Shown here piece after piece: positions 1 through 8,644 of a stretch of DNA of 64,000 nucleotides; within the stretch, counting starts at the first letter, position 1; each line of letters starts with the position of its first letter. Position numbers and translations under genes: made by a program. Under the pieces are notes generated by a model. That model was given only the letters and a program-made list of their open reading frames with translations, made no database searches and had not been told where the DNA came from. Source of the DNA: Candidatus Poribacteria bacterium (GTDB taxonomy: Bacteria; Poribacteria; WGA-4E; GCA-2687025); contig OY762492.1 of assembly GCA_963665845.2 (NCBI GenBank), positions 3,685,672 to 3,749,671 on the forward strand, in the 5' to 3' direction.

Positions 1-1433
1 GACCGTATCTTCGGATCCCAAATGTAATCGTCCTCCTGACCGACCGTCTCTGCCGCAATCGCAAATCTCACCAACGGATCGCTCAAGGCGACGCCTTCCG
101 CCTCCAGCGCCTCCAAGAAGCTGCGGTAGCTGCGCTCTAGGCTGGAGGGGGGCGAGTCGCGCGGGTCTTCCTTTGCCAGGCGGTCTAGCACATCGGCTCC
201 CTCTTTTTCTAAAAACGCTTTCAACGCTTCGCTTGTCCGCGCCTTTAGCCACATGCGCCCTTCAGCTCCGCTCAACGGGTCCAGCGTCACATCCGGCACG
301 ATTCCGACCTTGTGGATATTGACATCGTTCGGGGTGTAGTAATGGGCGATGGTGAGTTTGACGGCGGACGGTTCAGGCGCCTCGTCCAGCTGAAAGATTT
401 TTTGAACGCTCGCTTTTCCGAAGGTGTCGGTACCCATCAACAGCGCCCGTCCATGCGCCTGAAGCGCCCCCGCGACAATCTCCGACGCGCTGGCGCTGCC
501 CTGGTTCACCAGAACGATCAGCGGCAGGTCGGTATGGAAGCTCTTGCTTTCAACGTGAAAGTTGTTCGGTTCGCCGCGCCCCTTTGTATAGACAATCAGG
601 TCGCCTTCGTTCAAAAAGAAGGAGGCGATCTTCGTCGCCGAGTTCAGCAAGCCGCCGGGATTGGAGCGCAGGTCTAAAATGAGCGCATTCGCCCCCTTCG
701 CTTCCATCTCTTTGATCGTCTCTTCAACGGCGGCCGCGGTCGGTCCCATAAACTGCGTGATGCGGATATAGCCTGTCATGGATTCTTCAAGGAGCGCGCT
801 TTTGACCGACACGATCGTGATGATTCCGCGCACGATGGGCGTGATGATCGGCTCGTCAACGCCTTCCCGCAGGATGGTGAGGGTGACGCTGGTGCCGGGT
901 TCGCCGCGCATTTTTCGGGCGCCTTCGTCGACCGAGATGCCGGCGGTCGATTCGCCGTCGATCTCGACGATCGCGTCCCCCGCCATGACGCCCGCTTTAT
1001 GCGCGGGAGTGTCTTCGATGGGGGCAACGACGGTGAGGCGGTTCTGCTTGATGCCGATATACATGCCGAGTCCGCCGAATTTGCCGCTTGTGTCGGTCTG
1101 CAGGGCGCTGTACGCTTCGGAGTCGTAATATTGGCTATACGGGTCTAATTCCCGCAGCATACCGCGTATGGCGCCTTTGACCAGCTTGTCGAAATCTTCT
1201 GGGCTATAATGCTCGCTCTGTACGCGGGCAAGCGCTTCGCTCAAAACAGCGAGGCTTTCCAGCGCCGCATCCTCTTCAGACTGCTCGGCGGGAGGCTGCT
1301 CAGGCTCCACAACGGGGGGCGTCTGCGCGTCGGCAAACAGGACGCTCAGCGCAAACAGAAAAGCGGTCAACAAGGCGAACAGCGCGCAAACCGAAGCGAT
1401 TCGCCAGACAGCGCGGCTTTCAAGATGCTTCAT
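1..1433 (-). CDS. C-terminal processing (tail-specific) peptidase, S41 family; 3' end runs off the window
   Basis: Own translation of the minus strand from the ATG at 1433. It has a hydrophobic N-terminus (MKHLESRAVWRIASVCALFALLTAFLFALS), a PDZ-like block (FGGLGMYIGIKQNRLTVVAPIEDTPAHKAGVMAGDAIVEIDG) and the S41 core (LILDLRSNPGGLL ... LVNQGSASASEIVAGALQ). It is absent from the ORF track because no stop codon lies inside the window. Confidence 0.85.
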   Translation of the reverse strand, partial: MKHLESRAVWRIASVCALFALLTAFLFALSVLFADAQTPPVVEPEQPPAEQSEEDAALESLAVLSEALARVQSEHYSPEDFDKLVKGAIRGMLRELDPYSQYYDSEAYSALQTDTSGKFGGLGMYIGIKQNRLTVVAPIEDTPAHKAGVMAGDAIVEIDGESTAGISVDEGARKMRGEPGTSVTLTILREGVDEPIITPIVRGIITIVSVKSALLEESMTGYIRITQFMGPTAAAVEETIKEMEAKGANALILDLRSNPGGLLNSATKIASFFLNEGDLIVYTKGRGEPNNFHVESKSFHTDLPLIVLVNQGSASASEIVAGALQAHGRALLMGTDTFGKASVQKIFQLDEAPEPSAVKLTIAHYYTPNDVNIHKVGIVPDVTLDPLSGAEGRMWLKARTSEALKAFLEKEGADVLDRLAKEDPRDSPPSSLERSYRSFLEALEAEGVALSDPLVRFAIAAETVGQEDDYIWDPKIR

Positions 1434-1486
1434 ATCAAGGTAACTCTCATCGTTGTTTCATAAAAGCGTTTCTATCTTACTCGGCG

Positions 1487-2731
1487 TCAACGGCGCGGGC
1501 GCATCCAGTTGTTGGCTTTAAACCCGCGCCTCATTTCAAAATACAGAACCGGTCGGTCAACCAGCCCGCCTGTGTTTCCGACCGTTCCGATCACGGTTCC
1601 TTTGGCGACCTTTTGCCCTTCTTTCACATGGATGTCGCGCAGGTGGGCGTAAAATGTTCGCAAGCCTTGGTTCCTGTTATCATAGCCATGGAACACGCAG
1701 ACCATTTTGCCGAATCCCAGCCCGGCGTACCAATCGGCGAATCTGACCGTTCCGCTCATGATCGATTTGACGGGCGCGCCTTCTGGCGCCTGTATCGACA
1801 CGCCGTTCTGGTCGTTGCTGAAATTGGAGACGACAGTTCCGGAGACGGGCCAAATGACCTCCTGATAGGTTCCGCGCAGCTCCAGCTTTGAGGTGTGTCC
1901 GATGGTTCTTGGTTTCCACGGGGTTTTGGAGGCGGCGGTGGAAACGGCTCCCGTTCTGACCGTCTTTGCCGCCGGCGCCGCCGCCTCGCTTGCGTTTGCC
2001 AGATTGCGTATCATCGCGTCTAAGGCGCGGACGGCGGTTTCCCCCTCGCGTATGAGCCGTTCTTGGGCGGCTTTGTTTTGGCGCGCTCTGGCGAGCGTCG
2101 TTTGGCGCGTTGCGCGTTCTTTTTCGAGCGCCGTTTTTTGCTTTTGAACGGTCTGCTCCTGCCGCGCTAAAACGGCGCGCCGTTCCGACAGGTCCGCTTT
2201 TCGCGCGTCCAGTATCTTCTGCGAATCGACAAGCTGTTGCAGTATCTCCTGATCTTTCTCGCGTATTTTGGAGAGGTATTTTAAGCGGGTGAGGGGACCG
2301 CCGACCCCGTTTCCGTTCAGATGTCCGCGCATGGCGATGCCGAAGGGCGCGCCGCCTGAACGATACGCGAGCTTATACTTGGCGCGAAAACGCTGCCCGA
2401 CCCGCTCTTCGTGCGCTTTGTGCCGCTTCTCAAGCGCCTCAATATCCTGTTGTACGGCGGCGATGCCGGACTGGACTTTGGCGATGTCGCGCTGGGCGGC
2501 AATCAGCTGCGTCCGCGCCGAGTCGATTTTTCGGTCCAGGCGGTTGATTTCGGCGAGGATGCCTTTTTCAAGCTGCGCCGCTTTCTGCGCGGCGGCTTCA
2601 GCTTGACGGATGCGGGCGCGCTCTTTGTCCCGTTCGGTCTGGGCGCGCTGCAACTCGGCGTTTTCCTGCGCCTGCGCGGCGAGCGGAAACAGCGCGGCAA
2701 ATGCGCATAACAATAGAAAGAAACGATTCAT
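1487..2731 (-). CDS. M23 (LytM-domain) metallopeptidase with long N-terminal coiled coil, EnvC-like
   Basis: ORF 1487..2746. It has a signal-like MNRFFLLLCAFAALFPLAAQA, ~230 aa of Q/A/E/R-rich coiled coil, and a C-terminal M23 signature (FYAHLRDIHVKEGQKVAKGTVIGTVGNTG...PVLYFEMR). The track start at 2746 is a GTG, so the ATG at 2731 is preferred. Confidence 0.8.
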   Translation of the reverse strand: MNRFFLLLCAFAALFPLAAQAQENAELQRAQTERDKERARIRQAEAAAQKAAQLEKGILAEINRLDRKIDSARTQLIAAQRDIAKVQSGIAAVQQDIEALEKRHKAHEERVGQRFRAKYKLAYRSGGAPFGIAMRGHLNGNGVGGPLTRLKYLSKIREKDQEILQQLVDSQKILDARKADLSERRAVLARQEQTVQKQKTALEKERATRQTTLARARQNKAAQERLIREGETAVRALDAMIRNLANASEAAAPAAKTVRTGAVSTAASKTPWKPRTIGHTSKLELRGTYQEVIWPVSGTVVSNFSNDQNGVSIQAPEGAPVKSIMSGTVRFADWYAGLGFGKMVCVFHGYDNRNQGLRTFYAHLRDIHVKEGQKVAKGTVIGTVGNTGGLVDRPVLYFEMRRGFKANNWMRPRR

Positions 2732-2737
2732 ACTCTT

Positions 2738-2766
2738 ATGATACACTGGAGGGGGCGGGATCGCAA
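2738..2766 (-). promoter_or_regulatory. sigma70-like promoter candidate (TTGCGA-N17-TATCAT) 6 nt upstream of the M23 ATG
   Basis: The minus strand reads TTGCGA tcccgccccctccagtg TATCAT aagagt ATG. Hexamers and the 17-nt spacer were counted by eye. This geometry would place the transcription start at or next to the ATG. Confidence 0.3.
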
Positions 2767-2778
2767 ATATACGGACGC

Positions 2779-2953
2779 TGACCTTGCGTCTTTAGTTGGG
2801 ACATTTCGGCGGGCGGACGCAGACGGTTTCTACGGCGCCTCTAGATTCCCGCACGTTTTACCGCAGGGGCGGGAATGCATGTCCTCGCGGAAGCGGGGGA
2901 CGGTCTGGCTGGCGGAGCCTTTTTCCCATGAATAAAGGCTTTGTTCGTTCAGC
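2779..2953 (+). repeat. composite intergenic repeat (75-nt TGACCTTGCGTCTTTAGTTGGGACAT module + ATTCCCGC..GCGGGAAT hairpin + CATGGGAAAAAG/GAGGACATGC module)
   Basis: Near-identical modules recur at 8466, 11671, 23182, 44069, 47224, 50478(-) and 53468(-). The distal module recurs at 50186, 56218 and 17563. Confidence 0.85.
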
Positions 2954-3023
2954 AGCGTTTTCGTTAAAAGAAAGAAAGGAAGAGCAGACTCGATGGCGCA
3001 GAGCCGCTCTTCCTCCGATCTGT

Positions 3024-3305
3024 TCAGTTGTCAACGCTGTCGCGCAGCGTTTTCCCTGGTTTAAAGGCGGCGACGGTTTTGGCGGCGATCTGAATCTTCT
3101 CTTTTGTCTGCGGGTTGGTGCCTTCGCGGGCGGCTCGATGGCGCGTTTCAAAAGTTCCGAACCCGATGATGCTCACCTTCTCGCCGTTTGCCAGCGCGTC
3201 TGTGATGGCGCCCAGAACGGCGTCCAGAGCTTGGGACGCCTGTTTTCTCGTCAGGCTCAGATCCTCATGATCGTAAAGGGCGTTGACGATGTCTTGCTTG
3301 TTCAC
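3024..3305 (-). CDS. hup: HU/IHF-family DNA-binding protein
   Basis: VNKQDIVNALYDH..LTRKQASQALDAVLGAITDALANGEKVSIIGFGTFETRHRAAREGTNPQTKEKIQIAAKTVAAFKPGKTLRDSV is a classic HU fold sequence. The GTG at 3305 is preceded by AGGAGGAG, and the track ORF start at 3341 is probably too long. Confidence 0.9.
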   Translation of the reverse strand: MNKQDIVNALYDHEDLSLTRKQASQALDAVLGAITDALANGEKVSIIGFGTFETRHRAAREGTNPQTKEKIQIAAKTVAAFKPGKTLRDSVDN

Positions 3306-3371
3306 TGGAGGACTCCTCCTGATGCGTACATAAGTGTTCATGAATCGGCGCCGCTGGCGCCCACTCTCATT

Positions 3372-6300
3372 TTATTTACTGCGCAGCTCCTCAAAACGTT
3401 TCAGGATTCTTCCCAGCCGGTCGTAGTTGACGCCGAATTCGCCCCAGTTTCCTTGTTTCTGGGCGGCTTCGCCCGCCTCGTACGCCTCCAGGGCGTTCAG
3501 CGCCTCCTGCATGATCGCCTGCGCGTCCTCTTCCAGCGGAATCGCCTGCATACCCGCTTCCCCGTCCGCCGCAACAACCGCGCCGCTCTCCTGACCAAAC
3601 AGGCGCGACAAGGCGTCCATCAGGCTGTCGCCCATCGAGATGCGCGGCTGATCGGTGCCTTCGGTGTAACTCACATACCCCGCCAGCACCTTGCGCAGAA
3701 GCGGAATGGGCATGTTAGCCGCCTCTAGATAAAGCGGCTCAATCGCCAGAACGCCCTGACTCAACGGAAACAGAAGCAGGTTGCCGCGCAGGACGTTCGC
3801 CTGCTGCGTCTTCCGCCAGAACGAGTAATCGTTGTGTCCGCTGAAATGCGATTCCCACTGCTCCGTTCCGGTCATCTGCTGCCCCTTCGGGAAGGTGTAA
3901 ATGTAGATCTGCCCGTACTGCGGACCTCCCTGCGGGTCGGATCGATAATCGCACCGCGCCGCCATCCATGCGCTCATGACCTCCTTGTCGCGCGGCGTGT
4001 ACGGGTAGATGAGCAGAAATTCAGGGTCGCTGCCGTCCGGAAGCTCCATCGTCACATAATACGGCTCGACCGGAATGGTGTCTTTTTCGTCGCGGTAGTT
4101 TTCCTCCGACAGGTCCCACAGGTCCTCCTGTAGAAAAAAGGTGTCAGGGTCGGTCATATGGTACGCCCGCAGCTGCCGCGCTTGCAGCCAGAACATCGTC
4201 AGCGGGTAGCGGATATGTTTTTTCAGCTCGTCCGGCATCTCCGAGAAGGGGCGGAGCAGGTTCGGAAAGATGCGCGCGTAACATTCCAGCAGCGGATCGT
4301 CTACCTGAAGCGTCGGTTCGGTGTCGAGTCGGTAAAACTGAACCGATCCGTCATACACATCCACCACCGCCTTGACCGAGTTGCGGATGTAATTGCCCCA
4401 TGGAACGCCGCGCGGCAGAACGCGCATGGACGCCGAACGCCCGCGCGCGTCTCTCACCAGCCCTGTATAGGCGTCCAGAAGCGGCTGCGAATACGGATAA
4501 TTCGACGCGGTCATATAGGCGTCGATGATCCAGTGCAGGCGTCCGTCGGCAACGACAAGGTACGGGTCTTTGTCGTATTTCAAAAACGGCGCGATGCGCG
4601 TCACCCGTTCCAGTATGTTGCGGCGGTACATGAGCCTGCTGCCGTTTTTGATGTCGGTGTTGAGAATGTAGTTGTAGTCGCCGAACGCCGCGGCGTACGT
4701 GGCTCTCCGCAGCATCGAGTCGATGGGGACGCCGCCCTTTCCGGTGTAGGTGTATTTGGCGAACTGATCGCCTTGCAAGGGGTAATCGAACTCGACCGGG
4801 TTCTCGTTTTCAGGGTTCACGATGACGCTGTGGTTGGTGCGTTCGCCGTAGTAGACGCGCGGACCGGGCGCCTCCGCCATTCGATGCTTCCATTCGGAGT
4901 CGTACTGGTGCGGTATGTCGCGCACATAATAGATCGGCTCGCCCTCGCGCGTTTCGTTCACCGGACCGGCGACAAAGCCGTACCCGTGGGTGAAATTGAA
5001 GGTTCGGTTGATCCAGTTGTTACCGGCGCGCGTCAGCTGACTCACATCCACCTCGCGCGGCGAGATGGACACCTGGCGGACAATATCGCCCATCTCATAC
5101 CGGTCAATGTCCACATTTTCAAAGTTGTACTGGGGGCGCAGCTCCTGCTTCTGAATATACACCTTTTTGAGCGGGCGCGGGTCCAGCAGCCGTATGTTTT
5201 TTTCTATGCTGGGACGGGTGACATCGCTCAAACGCAGCGGCTCCCCGCCCTCCTGAAGCTCCTGCATCGTGATCCCGCTTAGTCCGAAGGCGTGGCGCGT
5301 CATGACAATGTTGTTGAGGATATAGGGGCGCTGAAGCTCCTGCTTGTTTGGGACAACCTGAAAATTGTTGATGAGAGTCGGATACACCGTGCCGCCGAGG
5401 ATGAACGCCAGCAGATACAGCCCCGTCATGTAGACCCCCCACTTGATCTTGTTCACGCTGACGCTGATGAACCAAGCGGCGGCGGCAAGCGCGCAGATCG
5501 CAATCAGGATATACAGCACGGGCAGGCGGGCTTTATGCTCCACAAAGCCCGCGCCGAAAAACAGCGGATTGTCGACATACAGCAGCTCGTATCGGCTCAG
5601 CCAATGCCTCCAGCCGAGCGCGGCAAAGGAGACGCCGGCAAGCGTCCCCAGATGAACGGCGGCGCCTTTGGAGATATTGAGCCGATTCTGGTCATCCAGC
5701 AGGGCGCCGTAAAAATAGTAGGCGGCCGCCATGACAAGCGTCACAGGAATGCTGACGGCGATGAGCCAGCCGTTCAAAAACTGCTCAAACGGCAGCGTCA
5801 GCATGTAGTACGCGACATTCTTTTGAAAGATCGGGTCCAGTATCGGCTGCCCGGCGGAGTCGGCGAACTGTATGCTGTTGGCGTTGAACCAGCGCTGTAT
5901 CACTTCCCACTGCGCGGCGGCAGAGTATCCCAGGGCGACCGCCGCGGCGACGGTCGCGCCGTAGAGAATGCGGCGCAGATACTGGCGCATTTCGGCGGGG
6001 GAGGCTTGCCACGGCATGGCGTTCCGGGCGGTTGGATGCATGCTTTCAGGCGCGAGGCGGTGGAGCAGCCAGACGTTCAACAAGCCGACCGCCAAGATCA
6101 GCAGACCAATCAGAACGGCGACGACAACCTTTGTCCACAGAATCGTCGTGAAGACATCGACATACTCGGAGCCGCTGGCGGAGCCGACGGAACGGAACCA
6201 CCACACATCCGGCAGGACGGCGAGCCATATTCTGATCAAAACCCATAAAATGCCGACGACGATGCCGGCAATAGCCATTTTTCGAACTCTCTGCGTCATA

Positions 6301-6380
6301 GACGACTCCATGCGGTCTTTCAACGGATCGACTTTACCGTACAACAACAACGCGCGCAGCGCAAGCGCCGAAAAGGGCAT
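3372..6380 (-). CDS. large polytopic membrane protein, UPF0182 (COG1615)-like
   Basis: 1002-aa ORF with ~7 N-terminal TM helices followed by a ~650-aa soluble region. Size and architecture match my recollection of UPF0182. The start may be an internal Met (MTQRVRKM, ~6299). Confidence 0.55.
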   Translation of the reverse strand: MPFSALALRALLLYGKVDPLKDRMESSMTQRVRKMAIAGIVVGILWVLIRIWLAVLPDVWWFRSVGSASGSEYVDVFTTILWTKVVVAVLIGLLILAVGLLNVWLLHRLAPESMHPTARNAMPWQASPAEMRQYLRRILYGATVAAAVALGYSAAAQWEVIQRWFNANSIQFADSAGQPILDPIFQKNVAYYMLTLPFEQFLNGWLIAVSIPVTLVMAAAYYFYGALLDDQNRLNISKGAAVHLGTLAGVSFAALGWRHWLSRYELLYVDNPLFFGAGFVEHKARLPVLYILIAICALAAAAWFISVSVNKIKWGVYMTGLYLLAFILGGTVYPTLINNFQVVPNKQELQRPYILNNIVMTRHAFGLSGITMQELQEGGEPLRLSDVTRPSIEKNIRLLDPRPLKKVYIQKQELRPQYNFENVDIDRYEMGDIVRQVSISPREVDVSQLTRAGNNWINRTFNFTHGYGFVAGPVNETREGEPIYYVRDIPHQYDSEWKHRMAEAPGPRVYYGERTNHSVIVNPENENPVEFDYPLQGDQFAKYTYTGKGGVPIDSMLRRATYAAAFGDYNYILNTDIKNGSRLMYRRNILERVTRIAPFLKYDKDPYLVVADGRLHWIIDAYMTASNYPYSQPLLDAYTGLVRDARGRSASMRVLPRGVPWGNYIRNSVKAVVDVYDGSVQFYRLDTEPTLQVDDPLLECYARIFPNLLRPFSEMPDELKKHIRYPLTMFWLQARQLRAYHMTDPDTFFLQEDLWDLSEENYRDEKDTIPVEPYYVTMELPDGSDPEFLLIYPYTPRDKEVMSAWMAARCDYRSDPQGGPQYGQIYIYTFPKGQQMTGTEQWESHFSGHNDYSFWRKTQQANVLRGNLLLFPLSQGVLAIEPLYLEAANMPIPLLRKVLAGYVSYTEGTDQPRISMGDSLMDALSRLFGQESGAVVAADGEAGMQAIPLEEDAQAIMQEALNALEAYEAGEAAQKQGNWGEFGVNYDRLGRILKRFEELRSK

Positions 6381-6403
6381 GGCAGTACGTTAAAGCGCTG
6401 GTC

Positions 6404-6520
6404 GTCATTCCCGCTCTCCCATCCTGTCATTCCCGCTCTCCCATCCTGTCATTCCCGCTCTCCCATCCTGTCATTCCCGCTCTCCCATTCTGTCATTCCC
6501 GCGTAAGCGGGAATCTTAGG
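6404..6520 (+). repeat. 4 tandem 22-bp units GTCATTCCCGCTCTCCCATCCT ending in a complete GTCATTCCCGCGTAAGCGGGAATCTTAGG hairpin
   Basis: Units lie at 6404, 6426, 6448 and 6470 (the last with one substitution). The intact hairpin is at 6492-6520. Confidence 0.95.
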
Positions 6521-6543
6521 CGCCGCAGCCGCCGCGCGCGGCT

Positions 6544-6578
6544 AAAACCCCCTAGCCCCCCTTTTCAAGGGGGGAATC
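6544..6578 (+). repeat. G/C hairpin repeat AAAACCCCCTAGCCCCCCTTTTCAAGGGGGGAATC
   Basis: CCCCCC-TTTTCAA-GGGGGG palindrome. Copies also occur at 17440-17500, 26470-26500, 36001-36034, 47336-47370, 50318-50350 and 60909-60997. Confidence 0.9.
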
Positions 6579-6766
6579 CAGAGGCGCCCAATTTTTGTGA
6601 ACAGCGCTCAATTATGCGTCGTTCGCCAAGAGGAGCGCATGACGCGAAACCCGCTAGAGGCGCGGGATCATGGACAGACGGGCGTTGGCACGCTTATTGC
6701 TAATGAAACGGCGTGAAACAAAAAAGAATGCAGCGCGGCAAGACGACCGCGAAGGAGAACAGGACA

Positions 6767-6997
6767 ATGCCTCGATTTCAATGCGCCTTTCCGTATGAGA
6801 ACGGGAGCCGACGCGAATGCAGCCAGGAGCGCTCAAACGGCAACGGAGCCGACCGCAAAACCCGCGCGCCCATCGAAGCGGTGTACGAGTTTGAAGCGCG
6901 CAACGCCGAGCAGCTGTACAAATGGCTCGAAATGAAAGGCGCCCCCATACGCTCCATCCGCGACATCAAGCTGGTGGAGAAGGAAACTTCCTCTTAA
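6767..6997 (+). CDS. hypothetical small protein (76 aa)
   Basis: The ATG at 6767 is preceded by AAGGAG (6752-6757). Composition is non-biased (…AVYEFEARNAEQLYKWLEMKGAPIRSIRDIKLVEKE). No recognisable family. Confidence 0.35.
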   Translation: MPRFQCAFPYENGSRRECSQERSNGNGADRKTRAPIEAVYEFEARNAEQLYKWLEMKGAPIRSIRDIKLVEKETSS

Positions 6998-6998
6998 C

Positions 6999-8393
6999 TT
7001 ACTCCTCTTCAGCGCGGCCGGGACCTCGCGCTTGATCTTTCAGCTGCGCGTCAAATCGGCGCGCCGCGGCGGTCAAGCGCTCTACGACCGCTTCGTTCGC
7101 TTCCGCCGTGTTCTCCGACTCGGCGATGTCGGCGTCCAGCTGGTACAGCTGGGCGGGGTTTTTCTCGTCGTTACCGCCAGCCAGATGCAGTTTCCAATTG
7201 CCGCGGCGGACGGCGCGCAGATTGGTTCCCCTGTAAAAATAAAAATGCCGATCCGGCGCGGACGCCTCAGGGTCGCGCAGCGCGGCGCCGACATCTTCGC
7301 CGTCGATGGCGCGTTCCGGCAGATCGGAGCCGACAAGACCGGCGATGGTCGGCAGCAGGTCGATGGAGCTGACGATCTCGGAGCTGACCGTTCCCGCGGG
7401 AATGGTTCCCGGCCAGCGCATGACGCACGGGACGCGGAAGCCGCCCTCATAGACGCTGAATTTGCCGCCGCGCAGGGGGAGGGCGCATCCGCCGTCCTCC
7501 TTTTTCTGAAGCCAAGGGCCGTTGTCGGAAGTGAAGACGACGAGCGTTTTTTCGTCGATGCCGAGATCGCGCAGCGTCTCCAAGATGCGCCCTGTCGACC
7601 AGTCGATCTCCTCAATGGTGTCGCCGTAAAGTCCGCGCTCGGACGTCCCGACAAACCCCTCGGAAGCGTAAAGCGGCACATGCGGCATGGTGTGCGCGAG
7701 ATAGAGAAAGAAAGGGCTGTCATGGCTGCCGCGTATGAACCGCAGCGCCTCCTCGGTGTAACGCTGCGTCAGCGTCTCTTGGACGGCGGGGCGTTCGATG
7801 ATCTCTTCGTTGCGCATGATCGGGACATTAAAAATGCGTCCGTTTTCGGTTTGAACCGCGTCCATGTCGTTCGAGTACGGGATGCCGTAGTAGGAATCGA
7901 AGCCGTGCGCTGTCGGAAGAAACTGGGGCAGATGTCCGAGATGCCATTTTCCGACGCATGCGGTGGCATATCCTTTTTTCTTTAAGAGGCTGGCGATGGT
8001 CGTTTCGCTGGAGTCGAGTCCGATTGTGTTGCGCGGAAAGAGAACGGAGGTGATGCCGACGCGCGGCGGATAGCAGCCTGTCAACAGGGCGGCGCGGGAA
8101 GGCGAACAGATAGAGGCGGCAACATAAAAATCGGTGAGCCGCATGCCCTCTTTCGCCATCTGGTCAATGCGCGGCGTCTTGATGTTGGGCGAGCCGAAGC
8201 AGCCCAGATCCTGATACCCTTGATCGTCCGTGAAGATTATGACGATGTTGGGCAGGTCGGGCGGTTCGTTTTCGGTCTCGTTTTCGTTCGCCGCTCCGGT
8301 TTGAGAAGCGGCTTGCGAGGCGGCAACGGCGGACGCCGCGGCTGTTTTGATGAAGTCGCGCCGGGTCGGTTCGTCTGCGCGCTCGGTTGTCAT
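6999..8393 (-). CDS. arylsulfatase-family sulfatase with Tat signal
   Basis: Twin-arginine signal TRRDFIKTAAASAVAA. Formylglycine motif CSPSRAALLTG, DDQGYQD metal site and GKWHLG are present. The ATG at 8393 is preceded by AAGGGAG. Confidence 0.9.
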   Translation of the reverse strand: MTTERADEPTRRDFIKTAAASAVAASQAASQTGAANENETENEPPDLPNIVIIFTDDQGYQDLGCFGSPNIKTPRIDQMAKEGMRLTDFYVAASICSPSRAALLTGCYPPRVGITSVLFPRNTIGLDSSETTIASLLKKKGYATACVGKWHLGHLPQFLPTAHGFDSYYGIPYSNDMDAVQTENGRIFNVPIMRNEEIIERPAVQETLTQRYTEEALRFIRGSHDSPFFLYLAHTMPHVPLYASEGFVGTSERGLYGDTIEEIDWSTGRILETLRDLGIDEKTLVVFTSDNGPWLQKKEDGGCALPLRGGKFSVYEGGFRVPCVMRWPGTIPAGTVSSEIVSSIDLLPTIAGLVGSDLPERAIDGEDVGAALRDPEASAPDRHFYFYRGTNLRAVRRGNWKLHLAGGNDEKNPAQLYQLDADIAESENTAEANEAVVERLTAAARRFDAQLKDQARGPGRAEEE

Positions 8394-8465
8394 GGGGCGC
8401 TCCCTTGGCTGAGCATGTGTGTTCAAGGATGTATGTTAAAGGCAACGGCTGATAGGCGCAACATG

Positions 8466-8634
8466 CGACCTTATGTCTTTAGTTGGAACATTCCGCCTGG
8501 CGAACGCGAACGTCTTCTGCCGCGCCTTTGGATTCCCGTTTTCACGGGAATGACGAAATCAGAGCATAAGATTCCCGCTTGCGCGGGAATGACGAAAACC
8601 AGCGTCTAAGATTCCCGTTTTCATGGGAATGACG
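8466..8634 (+). repeat. composite repeat: 75-nt module followed by three ATTCCCG-N6/4-CGGGAATGACG hairpins
   Basis: Hairpins at 8531-8555, 8569-8594 and 8607-8634. Confidence 0.9.
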
Positions 8635-8644
8635 AAATCAGAGC

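Noticed and set aside
2962-3013. Possible rho-independent terminator after the HU gene (GGAAGAGC…GCTCTTCC followed by TTTCTTTCTTTT on the minus strand).
   Set aside because: The stem is only 8 bp with a 20-nt loop and poor inner pairing, which is too weak to report as a feature.
4158-6248. Long plus-strand ORFs (374 and 318 aa) opposite the UPF0182 gene.
   Set aside because: Both are entirely antisense to a 1002-aa ORF with coherent TM and soluble architecture. Their translations are Arg/Val/Gly/His-rich low-information sequence, typical of shadow frames in GC-rich DNA.
8531-8634. Three regularly spaced ~25-bp palindromic repeats, plus the 22-bp array at 6404-6491, considered as a CRISPR array.
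   Set aside because: The spacers are only ~13-14 nt, or absent. The repeats belong to the dispersed ATTCCCG hairpin family, and no cas genes are present.
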